DNA from: Perkinsus olseni
Lineage: Eukaryota
Direction of reading: 5' to 3'
Length of the DNA: 41,921 bases
Assembly (NCBI GenBank): GCA_013115125.1
Contig: JABANN010000292.1
Span: forward strand, 1-41,921
Numbering within the stretch: position 1 is the first letter of the stretch; each line of letters opens with the position of its first letter. The translations under genes were made by a program, and so were the position numbers. Shown here piece by piece: positions 1 through 12,757 of this stretch. Under the pieces are notes generated by a model. It had not been told where the DNA came from. It made no database searches and worked only from the letters and a program-made list of their open reading frames with translations.

Positions 1-242
1 GGAATCGGGCAGAGACGGGAAGTTCGCCACTGAAACGGTAAGGGGTCCCCGCCCCATGTTTTGTTTAAGATATTTACAAATAAATCAATTATATTGTTCG
101 GTAGATGTTTTAAACATTGCATAGGTATATCATCACTTCCGCCGGCTTTATCAAGGGACATCGTATTCAATGCAAATCTCACTTCACTCGCCGTAAAAGG
201 ACAGTCATACTCATCTCGGTCTGACGTGTCCACATACTTCAA
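1..242 (-). mobile_element. Non-LTR (LINE-like) retrotransposon fragment, region at the start of the reverse transcriptase domain; runs off the left edge
   Basis: Minus-strand translation (absent from the ORF track) reads EYDCPFTASEVRFALNTMSLDKAGGSDDIPMQCLKHLPNNIIDLFVNILNKTWGGDPLPFQWRTSRLCPIP. This matches the PFTxxEV..KAxGxDxIP..LxxIxN..W..PxxW..IP pattern at the start of non-LTR RTs. An in-frame TAA lies just upstream (about 243-245), and the segment is more AT-rich than its neighbours. Confidence 0.85.
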
Positions 243-532
243 TTAAATTAAAATGGCTTCGCATACATGCTTTAGCCCCCCATGCTACGGCATCACAGAA
301 CGCATGAAATCCCACTGGGATCGTCACCATAACCAACATATAGTCTTGTCGCACTATTTGGAACTCCCATCTGAACAAGATACAGTTTGACACCCGATCG
401 GACCTGAGCGAGATTACTCTTCTTGAGTTGATGGTCGGGCCGATCCCACTGACGCGAGAGCGACAAATTCTAAATTAGTAATTCACGATACAACCGCAAC
501 GCGACACGAATCGCGATTCCAAATGTATCACT

Positions 533-3500
533 TCAACAGCGACGTGTCAGAGAGAGGCTAGCCAAGAGTTCTTGGCAGTCGAGCATGCAACTTCCAGTGT
601 CGGTGAGCTCATTGCTATGCATCGGCCTAAAGGGCTGGTGTAGCCATCCAGAGGCTTCCACCTCCTTTATCAGCCAGGCTGACTGGGCAGATCTGAAGTC
701 TTCAACACTCTTCTCTTGGCCCACAGAGCGCACCTACCCATATCATGAGCTAGAGCTTGCCTCGCAATGTACCATGCCTTACCTGTCCTCTTCCCAGCCT
801 CTGCCACGGCCACTGCTGCGCCTCCCTTGCGTCCCCGGTCCGTTCTATTTCGAGGTTGAAGCGAGTCCTGAAACCGCCCTCACCACCGCCCCTACCGACA
901 GCGTGTCCTCGAATCAGCCAGAATCTCAGACAGAGAGCCTGAACGATCGCAATCGGATACAAAGGAAGCTTTCCTGGGCGAAGACCTGCAGTAGACGTAG
1001 CAGAGACATGTCATCCTCTTGCTGATCTCGAGGCATCTCCTTCAGCTCTGCTCGCCATGCAGCGAGGAACTCTTGTCTCATTACGGAGTCGTCCCCGATT
1101 GCCGGGAACATCACCACTACTGGGTCAAGCAGGGAGCCTGTATATCCCGTACCTGCCCAAGAGGACCATCAATCGAGCAACGATTCGACGCAAAGCGAGA
1201 ACGAGTCGATGCAGGGTCCCCTCAGGAATCCCAAGTTGGTATGATTATCACCCCTATAATCCGATGAGAGGGACATGTAGTTCCTTGGTAGGAGTCGACC
1301 AATGGTCGACGACCATCAACTCAGAAGTATCACTTCCACGAGCCTACTCTCAGAGAAAAGTGCAGCTCCATCAACGCCCTGCTCTTGACGGTTATGAGTG
1401 ATGAGGAAGCAATAAAGCCGATACAGCTGAGCAACCTCGGCGAAGTAGAGAGAGCAGATGTAGCCGCAGTCTGGTAGTAGGCTCAGAGCCTGTAGTTGCT
1501 CCATAGAGGGCTTGCTAGCAAACTTCACGCCCATCTTAGATTCGGTAACCGGTCCCGTGAACCTACTGATGACTGTTAGAATAGCTCCCAGGAGCATTGA
1601 CCATACAGCCTCTTGAATCCCGTAACAGCCCTATTGGTGCCTTGGACATTCTCCTTCCATTCAATGCTACCACCGTGCAGCACGATCTCCCTGCTGTACC
1701 CGGTTGCTGCATGGAGTATCTCAAAGAGAGTCAACCAACCCTCGCCCCATACTGTAACCGGTGTCTAACGCGGCCTGTCAAGCCCACCACGAGCTCCTAG
1801 TCTGCTACAGACAGGTCACCCGATGTGCTACATCGTAACGATAAGAGAAGGAGTACCTCGTTAGCGGGTATGGTAGTCCAAGCTACCGAGACATCGACCG
1901 TCGGTGTTTCAGAGACCTTCCCCTCTGTTTCTCGAAGGCAGACCAGCGCATCGACAATGAGGCACAGGCCATCTCGCTCTATCGAAGAGGGCAGGTGGAG
2001 CAGGAGCGGGAACTGCGAAAGGGATGGCTCCTGAGCAAAACAGTAGCGACCTACCGAGGCTGGGTCCTCTGGTATCCAAGAGGACGGCTGCTTTGCATCA
2101 ACCACATAATCAACCTCCCAAGATGATATGCCGGGTACAAATCTCCCCAGGTGGTTGGAGTACCTTACTCGTAGCGGTAGACAGATCTCAGTTCCAATGC
2201 CGGTCTCACCATGTGAATCGGAGTCTACGATTCTCGCAGGATACAGTTGGCTCGACTCCTTGCACGGCAGAGACGGTGAGGGAAATGGAGGACTGTTTCA
2301 ACCTCTGGAACTCAGTGCCATGCATTATCGCTTTTGCCATCTCTCTTCGAAGACGCAGAGGAGACCACCGCGACACACCAACCCTCTCATTAAGTACGTT
2401 GCCACAGAGAGCGAGCCATCCTCCCGCCTGACCTCGCACTTCATCCGGAGGAAGCTCGCTTCTGTCGAGATTCAGCTCGCTAGCCCGCGGTATCCTCGAC
2501 TTCTTCCGATCCAGCAAAATCGCTGCAGCCAGCATCGGGTCGGTTGAGAGCAAGCCGCTGACAGCATCCCTCTTGGAACTGGGCAGCGGTGCAAGGAGGG
2601 TCCTAGAGGGGAGGCAGTCCGCTGGGATGATGGGAGCAAGCCGACAGGAGGACGGCAGCTTCGAGAAGGCCGCCGCAGCTTCGAGGATCCGAAGCGGACG
2701 AGTGTACCTCAATTTATACTTCGCGAGAGCCAGGTTCAAATCCCCGTCACTTCTCTCAGGCGCCTGAGCTCGATCACAAAGCCACCTCTTGAAGCCATTC
2801 AAAAATTCCTCTATGTCCACTTCCCCGTCACCGTTCTTATCTGCGTCGTTGAACAGGAGGCCGACCTCGGACTCCGTCAGCTTGATAACAGCATCCTTTG
2901 TGAACTTACTGACGAAACGTCGGAATTCGGCCAAGTCGAGGCTGCTGGTAGCATCATCATCGAAGTCATGAAAGGCGTCTTTGAGAACTCCTACCATAGG
3001 CTCAACTTGCCCCACAGCGAGCCAGTCGAGTTCCATAAGCAGCACCGGTCCCATCAGTCGGATGAACTGGTCCTTGGTGAGCCCTGTCCGCCCGCCGTTG
3101 TCGCCAAGGTTTACCCCTACTTGCCTCAGCCAAAACGGCAGCTGCGCCGGATCCAAATTGGTGGGAGAGCCCAGAGCAATCAGACAGCTACGCAGCTCCT
3201 TCGCATCGACTCTCCCAGAGTGGTCCTTGTCGTACATGTCGAAAAGGTTCTCCAATGATACACGCAGGGACCCCTCTAGCAAGGCATGGCGGGCGTGGAG
3301 GGCAGAGGCTACCTCTCGCAAAGAGCGGTCCCCCAAGCCTTCCAGGAAGGCCTCGGCCTCAGCCGAGCTCGCCCCCGCCAGAACAGACAGTTGAGCAGGC
3401 TTGATGCCTTTTCCTAGGCTCCAGAACCGAGCAGGGTCTGCCGAGATTGCCCGACCGATTGATGCAGAGACTTGGTGCTCGAGGAAGTACTCCATCTCAA

Positions 3501-5901
3501 GGTGATGCCGCCACACCCGAAGGCTGACCCGGCCAGGACCGTGGGCTGAGTCTTCCAACGCATGACATAGTAGATGCATCTAGAAGGACGGTTGGAACGA
3601 AAGCATGCAGCACGGCGCTCACTTCGTCTTGACTGAGCCCCGCAAGCTGCATCACGCCCAAAGACCGCATAACCCAAGTGAACTGGTCCACCGAGACCCA
3701 TGGGATCGTCCCCGGGAGGGAAGCGTCCTCCGGCCTAAGAGGACCCCGGGAATCGAAGTGAGCGATCCGATACGCACTGCGGTACGCGATCGTCCGGAGA
3801 AGCCCAGAAGAACCTACGCTCGCCTTCTCTCCAGCTCAGTCATGGCCCAATCGATCGACCTAATCACACGTCTATGCGCCAGTAGCAGCTTCTTCAAACA
3901 CTCGAGGCCTCTGTCAGCGTGAGGCGACGCTTGGCCGTAGGCAGTCACAGGTACACCACCAGGCTGTTGGAATGCAGGCGTCTGCTGTCCAGAGGGGAGC
4001 TCTGATGGAGCGGCCTCAACCATGAAAGTAAGAGTTTCCGAGCGAACGCTGCCCCTGCCCGTCGGGTCGAGCAGTCTCTGAAACCTCGCTAACTCTTTTG
4101 TCGAGTAGTCGAAGCCAGCGGCTGTAATAGCTGTAGGCAGTGCCTCGATGCCGACCCTCCCTGTCGAGGCCGGGTCCAATACGGCAGGGAGCGAGCTGCG
4201 GTCCTCCTCAACCAAACACTTGTGGAGGTCGAAGAGCTGCTGGCGGGCGGTGCGAGCTTGGGCTCTGCTCAAGACCCCAACGAGGCAGAACATCTCATAG
4301 ACATCCTGCATGCTCTGTCGCCGACCGATCAGCCGTCCTACGGTGTCCGCGACAAGGCGGCGGGCATCGGTAGACGCACAGTCATCCCAGTCCAGTATCC
4401 GATCCACCTCAGGCCACTTCTGTTGCATTGCGGCCGATACCAGACCGATCGACGAGGAGCCTTGGCTCTCTACAAACTGCAGTATCGCCCCGAGATCCAC
4501 CGAGGGGAGCTGATACATGAACGCCGAGCTGCGCAGGAGAGAGGACAGAAGCCAGTCACAGAGGACCTCTGTCAAGTAGTTAAGGAGTGCTTCACCTTGC
4601 ACCGGTATCGACGATTCTTCCACCTGAGTGCCCGATGACTCGTCGGTAGGCGGAGGACGAGCTCTCTCCAACAGTACGCGCAGCATGCGAGCTGATGCCA
4701 CCTCTCTTCCCCTACACGCCGCTCTGAGGTCAGCAGCAACCTCGGCAATGCGATCGATCCGCCACAGCTTGCCGTATAGGATAGAGGGGTCCGGACTCGT
4801 GTCGAGGAGCGTCAAAGCCGCCAGCAGCACCTGTCCCGGGAGCTCTCCCGAAGCCCACCGTGCGAGGGTTCCAACAGGCGACGGATCCGAGCCAGCCGCT
4901 TCCACGAGACAAAGTCGCCAGACTGCCTCGGCATCCTCAGTCGAAGTGAGTCCGAGGGCATACGCAACCTCCTCAACACGGAACTGTGAGGAAGCCAGTG
5001 CCTGCTGGATACCGGTGTCCCGAGTCGCTGTCATCAGTGCCGGATCCATGGCCCTCACGCATTGCGCCACGCCGTAGACAGGGTCCAGCCACCGGAGCTC
5101 CGACTGGGGCAAATCGATAGCCTTCACGAAATCCCCCCGAGCAATGTTCGTGGCGTAGATACCGACAACCCCATTGAGCCACTCAGCTGCGCTTGCGTGC
5201 AGACTCTCCCCCAATCTGTTTATCTCTTCGACAGCGATGTAATTCATCTCGCCACTGCCTGCGATGCTCTGCCACGCCCGGGCCCCACTACCGAACTCCG
5301 TCAACAGCGACAACCGGAACTCCTCCGAGCTGCTCCTGGGCCTCACAGCTTCCCATAGAAACTTTACCTCGGATGCTGTTAGCACTCCCACCCCCTCAAG
5401 GGACCGACTGAAGAGAGCCTCGGCAACGTTGAGGTCACTCCCGGCCCGCGGCTCCGCGGCGGCCTTCTTCGCGGCTTCCAGGATCACTAGAGACGGGTCG
5501 CCAGAGCCGACTGACTTCGTAATCCTCTTACGGAGACTGGCGAAGGCGAGGGACGGGCACCACGGCGGGAATTGATCAAGTGAGTGAACCATGACCTGTG
5601 TCAAGCGTCGCCGCTCCGAAACCTTCCCGCCACCTCAAACCCTAGGCGACGAGCTAGGAACAATTCCGGAAGATTCGTCCATCTAAGGTTGGCCATCGGA
5701 GGCATCGAGGGGTACCCTTCAAGATTTAGCAGAATACCACACAAGTCGGCTCGGAAACAGGATACGCATTCACCTCAGTGCAGGGGACTGTGAAGGGAGC
5801 TCATTCTGCCCTTTGTACTCAACGACTAGCTCCTTTCGCTTCAGCTTGATCGGTATCATGGATATACCAGCCAAGGAAAACATCACCCGACCAGCCTCCA
5901 T
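533..5901 (-). CDS. Large multi-exon EF-hand calcium-binding protein with a C-terminal NPHP1 (nephrocystin-1)-like C2 and helical region
   Basis: Exons in ORFs 3814-5604, 3497-3691, 2206-3579, 1797-2105, 1316-1597 and 926-1117 are mostly joinable through GT-AG introns. EF loops DKDHSGRVDAKE, DDDATSSLDLAE and DKNGDGEVDIEE, plus degenerate DPASTGRVGIEA and DPTGRGSVRSET. Likely start MEAGRVMF at 5901, after a pyrimidine-AG site. The 3' end (533 versus 926) is uncertain. Confidence 0.75.
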
Positions 5902-6393
5902 GGATGGCGACTGACAAAAATTAGTCCGGCGACCGAAGCCTTAGCTTGTGAAGTTGTGAATTTTTTCAGCGGATAAACGAGTAGTTTATCTAGGTTAAAA
6001 CCGGCGCGGAGAGATGCCGTGTTATATTGTGTGCACAGCGGGACACCTAGTGTCCCGACTGTGCCTCCCACGCTAGCAAGCTAGTACTCTGACTACCGGC
6101 TTGGGTTATCAGGTGCTTGCTAACGGCTCGGAGGTCGAGCGTCGTTCCCCTGACGCTCTCTTCCTTTTTTTTTAACCGAGGTCTTCGAGAGGCAACTTGT
6201 GCCTGCCGGACCGCGATCGCCACTTGCAGCATCGCCTTCGGCCTCGGCACAGTTTGCCTTCGCGTTACCCTCGCTGCCGTCGTGAGGTCCTGTCGACCTT
6301 TCCGACGCTAGCTTGGTACCGCGCCTTGCCCCATCTCGGAGACCAGAGGTTTTACGACGACCCAAAGTCCGACGTTATCCTCTTTGAACAAAG

Positions 6394-7170
6394 ATGACGG
6401 TTCAGCGACAGGAAGACCCGTCTCTGTTCAGTACGGGAACCCCCACGCGTGGCCCTCTAAGATTCCGATAATACACCCCCTCCCGCCCTCCCCCACTACT
6501 TCCTCAAGGGCACCATCCTCTTGTTCATCAGCTACGTATGCTATCCGTCTGATACCACTCTGGACCTGCAAAAAGAACTCACCCGGTAAGCTAGAGGGCG
6601 GCAAGTACAATGAATTTGGCGCACTCGCAACACGGGAAGGCCGTGGCGTAGATCCGGCAGTCACGGACTGAGTGCTGATTCTTGTTCATGATCGCGTTGA
6701 TCGTTGCATGACAAATGTACATGTGCCTGCAAGGAATTGAACCCGACTGCCACTATCAAGCCGAAATAGAAGGACTGCATGAAGGAACCCCTAGGGAAAA
6801 ACGCAGGCGGCCTCAACTGACTTTTCCTGCGCTTCATCCTCGTGATGAGAAGCCCATGGCAGGTCCCTATCCGATATCCCTCGGGGCATGCCGTTGTATC
6901 TGAAATCGTGGCTATGCCGTCCGGGAGCGTCAGGCGCCGTATGTAGGTGTCGCCACGTATTCCGTTGCAAGGTATGAGGGTTCTCGAGCCCAGCGGAACA
7001 AAGGGTATGTACGGTGGTTGCGGGGATAGCGCCGTCCGACTCCCCATCCTACCCCAGGGCAACTATCCGATTCTGATCATTCACAATGACCACTCCTCCT
7101 CTACTCTCCCGGTCCTTACTCCGCATAGCTGTCAGAAAGGCCACAGACATGAAGTAACTAACAATTGAAA
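6394..7170 (+). other. Possible small multi-exon hypothetical gene (unresolved)
   Basis: A polypyrimidine-AG site near 6180, an ATG at 6394 and several GTAAG/GTATG donor-like sites. I could not assemble a consistent reading frame or recognise a domain. Confidence 0.2.
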
Positions 7171-7506
7171 CGCCCGAACAGCGGACTACCATTACGAGTT
7201 GAACTGTTCGCGCCACAACCCAATCCCGACCATATTACTCATCCCATTTTAGGTAGTCGGAGCGAGGGGCGCTGCCTTGAGGGTCACTGGACATTGAAGC
7301 CGGCCCGTCAACAGAATTGTAAAAAACTGCTCCGAGGCAACGTGAGCTCGCTACCCCATCACATCCTCTCCAGAGTGACAACAAGACACGTTAAGCATAG
7401 ACTGGTGAATATCGGGAAGGGCGGTAGTGGTAATATAACAGTAGGATCCACAATCAGCTATCGGAGGTGTTTCAATGATCACAAGATGCTGCCTTCAGTA
7501 GGCGGC

Positions 7507-8433
7507 TCAGTCGGAAGTGCTCTTCAGGTTATACCTACAACGATCCCATGGATTAACGGGCATCCACCACAGATCTATGCACTACCAAGTCCTGTGGACA
7601 TTCTTTTTCTTCAATGTTACGGATACCCGCTTCCCCCTAGAGACCCTGTGCTTGCATTCCTCCGGTACTATCTCAGCATTGAGGGTGGGCACCGAGAGGA
7701 TCACACGCCAGCCATCGGCAGTGTCCGCCCATCTGACGACAGAATTGTCTACCCGCTGGACCGCAGTGGACGGAGCGATTATATTACAGGTCGAATCCGG
7801 TGGCTGTGAATCTGCTATGTGCTTCTACTGAGTCATCCTCAAGCGCTGTGAGCAACTGGGGATCCTCTGATGGGACACCATTCTGTTCGGATCAGTAACA
7901 GCAGCGTATCGTAAACACTTACCAGTGTACACCTTAACCTTCTCTTCATCGTCGAACCAGCTGTACTGCTTCACCGGACGCTACACAGGACAGCTCCAGA
8001 AGTGAACACCGCCTCCGCTAGCAATTACCTTCTTCATAACATTCCTAGGCTCAGGAGAGGGGGACCGTGCGATTAACTCGGGTTGGCCGCCGGTGATCAG
8101 ACCCGGGCCGGTAACCTGTGATGCAACGCCATCAGCACCTCCTCCAAGGACCGCAGAGCACCTACCACTTTCGCATCAGGAGGGACATAGAAGTCTCTAG
8201 AGTGCGCGTAGTAGTACCTGAAGGATGCAGGAGCTACAGGGAAAACTGGCAGAAGGGCACCTTGGGACTTACGACTTATCACCCTTCTCAGTCAAGGACT
8301 TCCTCAGCTTGCTATCTGACCGTTTCATCTCGTCACTTTCCTCCCCACTAGTACTGCTGCTCCCCACTGGAACAGCCTTGAAAGGCGACTCGGCCTTTTG
8401 ACTCTCACTCGTCGAAGTAGCTGATGACGACAT
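7507..8433 (-). CDS. CS (p23/HSP20-like) domain co-chaperone-type protein
   Basis: Spliced product MSSSATST...KGDKSYYYAHSRDF...RPVKQYSWFDDEEKVKVY...LSVPTLNAEIVPEECKHRVSRGKRVSVTLKKKNVHRTWYNLKSTSD*. The YSW.D..VKVY, L..EIVPEEC and VTLKK..W..L patterns are typical of CS domains. Six canonical introns. Confidence 0.85.
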
Positions 8434-9209
8434 TACTCTACTACTGTTGCCTTGATAATAGCCCAGAAGCGCAGACCAGAACCCACTTGCACGAGAGAAC
8501 AGAGACGAAACGAGAGTGGACACAGTCGAGCCCACGATGAACAGAGAAGGGCAATAACACAAACTACCATCGGAGCCGCGTATCCAGCAGTTGCTTCGCG
8601 GCAGGCCCGCTCGATCACACACACAAGAGAAACGGTTACAGAAACTCTTATTGTTATAGAGGTTTTTTACTCTTTTTCAAATACACGTCCTTCCTGTACT
8701 CCTACCACCCGAGCAATCGATAAATCATAGCCCAATAGAGCAATTACTGCCCAAAAAAGCAACGGAATGATGATGATGATGTTGTTGTTACTGCTATTAC
8801 TACTACTAATGAGAATATCTAGCACCAAGTAGCGATACAACTACTTCTACCTACTACTACTAAAACTACCACTGCGCAAAAATAAGCAGAGACACTGAGC
8901 TTTACTCATGCCTATCACATAAGCCCATAGCAAGCACATCGTAGTCGAGGCTGTGGAGGGACTCTCGATGGTGGAGTAATGGGACGCAGCCTCGTCACCA
9001 CACACTGTGACTTCAATGACACTGATAGGACAGATAACAAAGATGTGCTGCTGCCGCAACTTTCAATACTGCGGCTTACAAGAGGAAGTGATTACCAATA
9101 CATAGCATATGATAGAAGAGTGTGAGAAACAGATCATGGTTGTGAAAATTCAAGAACAGGAGCCGAAATAAGCAAGAGAAGAGTACTCCTCCACTACAAG
9201 ACGAGGGGG

Positions 9210-11609
9210 TTACTGTAGCGGACTGTTGCCGTTAGTAACTGAAAAAAGCATACCACTTCTTCCAATGGCCGAGTCGCCCTAGCAACTTACCGCTGGAGTA
9301 CATGTCGCTGGTACCATTGGTACCCGTCATAGAATCCGCTCCGGAAGAGCCTGAAATATTACTACGGGATGTACGCATGGTGCGGTATGAGGATGGAGAG
9401 GTCCTTACCGGCAGCCTGAGGCGTGTAGAGCTGCGGCGCGGGATTCTGTTGATGCTGTTGATGATGATGGTGATAGGCAGGAGCCGGAGCAACTGTTCGC
9501 TGCTGCTGCTGCTGCTGCTGTAGTAAATGATAACCATGCGCTGGCGACATCACACCACCAGGCGGGCCGTATCTACTAACGAAAGATCAGTGAACTAGTT
9601 TCCAACTGGACCTCCATACCCGTTATTCTGTTGTTGCTGCTGCTGTGCACCCGGTCTGTCGTTGGCGTATCCGTTGCTAGGCGTCGCTCCGCTACCATTT
9701 CCTGGATTCAGCCCATTGCTCGAGCCACCAAATCTACTCAATACAGCCCATCACAAGATGCCCTTCCGATCCCGTTAGTACCCCGTAGCAGCAGATTGAT
9801 GGTGATGGGGATGACCGGCAGCAGCGGCAGGGTTCTGATGCATACCATAGCCGCTGCCATAGTGAGCAGGCTGCGGGCTGGCGGCCATGTAGTGCTGCGG
9901 TGGAGGTGGCGCCATGCCCCAACCTCCTGTACCTGATGAATCGATATCCACAGTAAACCCAGTCGGTTGGTGCTGCTACTCACCTCCTCGCCCACCTCCT
10001 CCCATGTTGTTGTACCTCGCCACTCCCCCCTGCATGAACTTGCTCGGACCGGTACCCTCACGAGTGGAAGGCTTCACCTCGACCTGCACGAAGGAGACAG
10101 AACTCTCCTAAGAACGTGTCGAATCAGAGACAGTCGCACCCATTTGCCGTCGATAGTGTTGCCTTGACCGTCCACACCACCCTGAATGGCAGCCTGGGCC
10201 TCCGCAGGCGTCTGGAAGGTGACATAACCGAAGCCACGGGAGCGGCCACTGGTGCGATCAACTCTGAGGAGAAACCATCAAACGCTGCACAATGAGAAGC
10301 GGCTAGTACTACTTGACGATACAGTCGGTGATGACTCCGTACCTCACGAAGTGCTGTCGGAGCCTCTCTGAAGGGAGCAAACAATCTACAGTAAAATCCT
10401 CCAGGCATCGCGTACCTCGATCGACCGTAGCAGGTAGTCCTCCACAGAATACCTTACACGGGTTGTCCTGTGGCAGCAGTCCGTTGTTGCTGTTTCCGGT
10501 GGCCCCAGTCGGACCGAAGTTATTGATATGAGTTTGGCCACCACCACCAGCCATCATGTGGTGCATCACACCCATAACCGAATTGACACCGCCCGGGGGC
10601 GCACCAGCGGGGTTGACCGGCTGACGCAGGGCAGCCTGCGCTCTGATCTCCTCCTGGGAGACGGCTCGCTTAACGTCGACCGTCTTGTCTAATAATACGT
10701 GGGAGTTCGGGTATGACAGGCACGACTGAGGGAGACAACGATGCTGACTACGGCTAGTGATAGACGACCGCCCTCTTACTTCTAAGTCTTTGACATTAAC
10801 AAAAGTGATAAAACCAAAACCTCGACTGCGACCAGTGAGCTTGTCCATCATCACAACAGCCTCTTCCAGCTGGCCAAACTGGCTGAAGTAGTTCCAGAGA
10901 GTCTGCCGGTCCACCAGGCTCGGCAAACCGCCGATAAAAAGCTACGACAAAGACGAGCATGGGAGGCGAAAATTGGCGTACTGCTTACTTTCCGCTCAGT
11001 GACATTAGGATTGAGCGCATTGCTGGTGTTGTTCATGACGGGGCGACCGCCATTGTCGCCAGGGGCGTAGTCTCTTATTCCCACCATAAAATTCTGCATG
11101 CCAGCTTGCTGGGCCAAGACCCCCAAATCTTGTTGTTGTAGATGCTTACCGTTGCCTCCACCACCAACTAGAACAACAGACAGCTGGCTCAACGCGCAGT
11201 CACGCCGCTAACTTACGAGATGCCGCGACAGCTGCTGCCTGATGCATGGCCATGGCAGCCTGCTGTCGCTGATGGTGCTGCTGTGGCTGCTGTTGCAACA
11301 TAGTGTTAGACGGGGGATGACCAGCGCCCATCGTCGTAGCGAACTCGGGTATGCTCGTTATACTCGGAGCTGCTGCAGGGCCCATCATGCTGTTGCCACT
11401 GGCCGCTAAAGGTGTCGCCCTGGAGCTAGTCGAGGACATCTCGGGGGTGTTGGCGGCGGTACTCGAGCCCGTAGTAGAGTAGTAGCCCTGAGGGCCCTTC
11501 TGCAAGCGAGACGCCGCTAGTTCAGGAGTAGGGGGGTTATAACTGCCAGAGGGTCGCCATGGATGGCGAAGAGAGAAGCGGGGACTTACTCGTTCCTAGG
11601 GGTAGCCAT
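9210..11609 (-). CDS. Two-RRM RNA-binding protein (hnRNP A/D, Musashi, DAZAP1-like), paralog 1, with Q/H/P-rich low-complexity tails
   Basis: RRM1: LFIGGLP...DKLTGRSRGFGFITF. RRM2: KVFCGGLP...DRTSGRSRGFGYVTF. Spliced from MATPRND (11609) to ...VTNGNSPLQ* (9210). Confidence 0.88.
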
Positions 11610-11757
11610 ACTGATATTGGATGTCAACTGCTGCTTCTGCTGATGATACTCGATACTGTTGCTCTCAATACTAGAGTCGGCCTTGTCAGTTTACTTATGT
11701 AACTTGGACAGCGACTTCAACGATCAATACAGACGAGAAGGACGACGATGTAATAAC

Positions 11758-11780
11758 TGCTGCTGCTGCTGCTGCTGCTG
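11758..11780. repeat. (CTG/CAG)n trinucleotide microsatellite upstream of RRM paralog 1
   Basis: Uninterrupted tgc/ctg run of about seven units, seen directly in the sequence. Confidence 0.9.
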
Positions 11781-12757
11781 TCTACGAGATTGCCTAGGGC
11801 TGGACTAACCTAAGGAGGTAAGCCGAGACGGCTAAGCGCAATCAAACTGAAACAGGGAGGAGAATCAAGAACGACCACTCAGAACGCCCATTGCGTATTG
11901 AAGCACTCAACGCAAGCCTAGCACCGACCATGGCGGGGATGGACAGAAGTCCTGCAACACGCGAATGGCGCCAGGGGGAGTTGATTGGGCTTGCACGATG
12001 AGGAACCAGAGAAAGTGACGAGCGATGAGGAACCTAAAAGTTGGCAATAAAAGCGTGGATTGGGCGAACTATCGAAAAGAGGAGCGAGTACTGAAACCTG
12101 CGCTGTGGTCTTACGCTCCGTCGAGGACTACTACGTCAGGAGGCTGCTGATCATAACTGGGCAGCTGCCAACTAAGGCATCGCGTTAGCATCATAACTCG
12201 AGGACGACGATGGGAGCAGCCGATAACGGCGATGAATTAACTACTTATACGCTGGCATGCACTACCCTACTCGAGTAGATACAGCGTTGAGGAAATGCAA
12301 GATCGCAAGATTACATCTCTATCCCCTACATTATTGATAAAATGTTCTTTCACTTAACACTAATACTCGACTATTCTACGTAAAATAACCCCAACGACGG
12401 TGACTCGTACAACAAGGCCTCTGTCACCGTCGGAGGGACACAACAAGGGCAATGCCACCATACACTGTCCGTAGCAGACGTGCTACTGTCGATGACCAAC
12501 GACCAGACGTAGGCGGAGCTATCAGCCACTAACAAGGTTATATTCATACTTCTACTTTCACTAACGTTACTGGGCTGACGACCACCACGACCACGACGAC
12601 GATCATCATAACTCCTCAAAAGCATCATCCTAAAACAGGTTCGGGTGGAATGCCGTCAACGATCACCAGGAAGGGGTACGAGAGAGCGAAGTTGTGCGGT
12701 CCTACCGTCGAGCCGTCACCACTTACCGCTAGTAATATACATAGCCTCTTGGACCGT

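Noticed and set aside
7165-7809. 214-aa plus-strand ORF
   Set aside because: It has a non-ATG start, lies largely antisense to the CS-domain gene and its 3' UTR, and has no recognisable motif.
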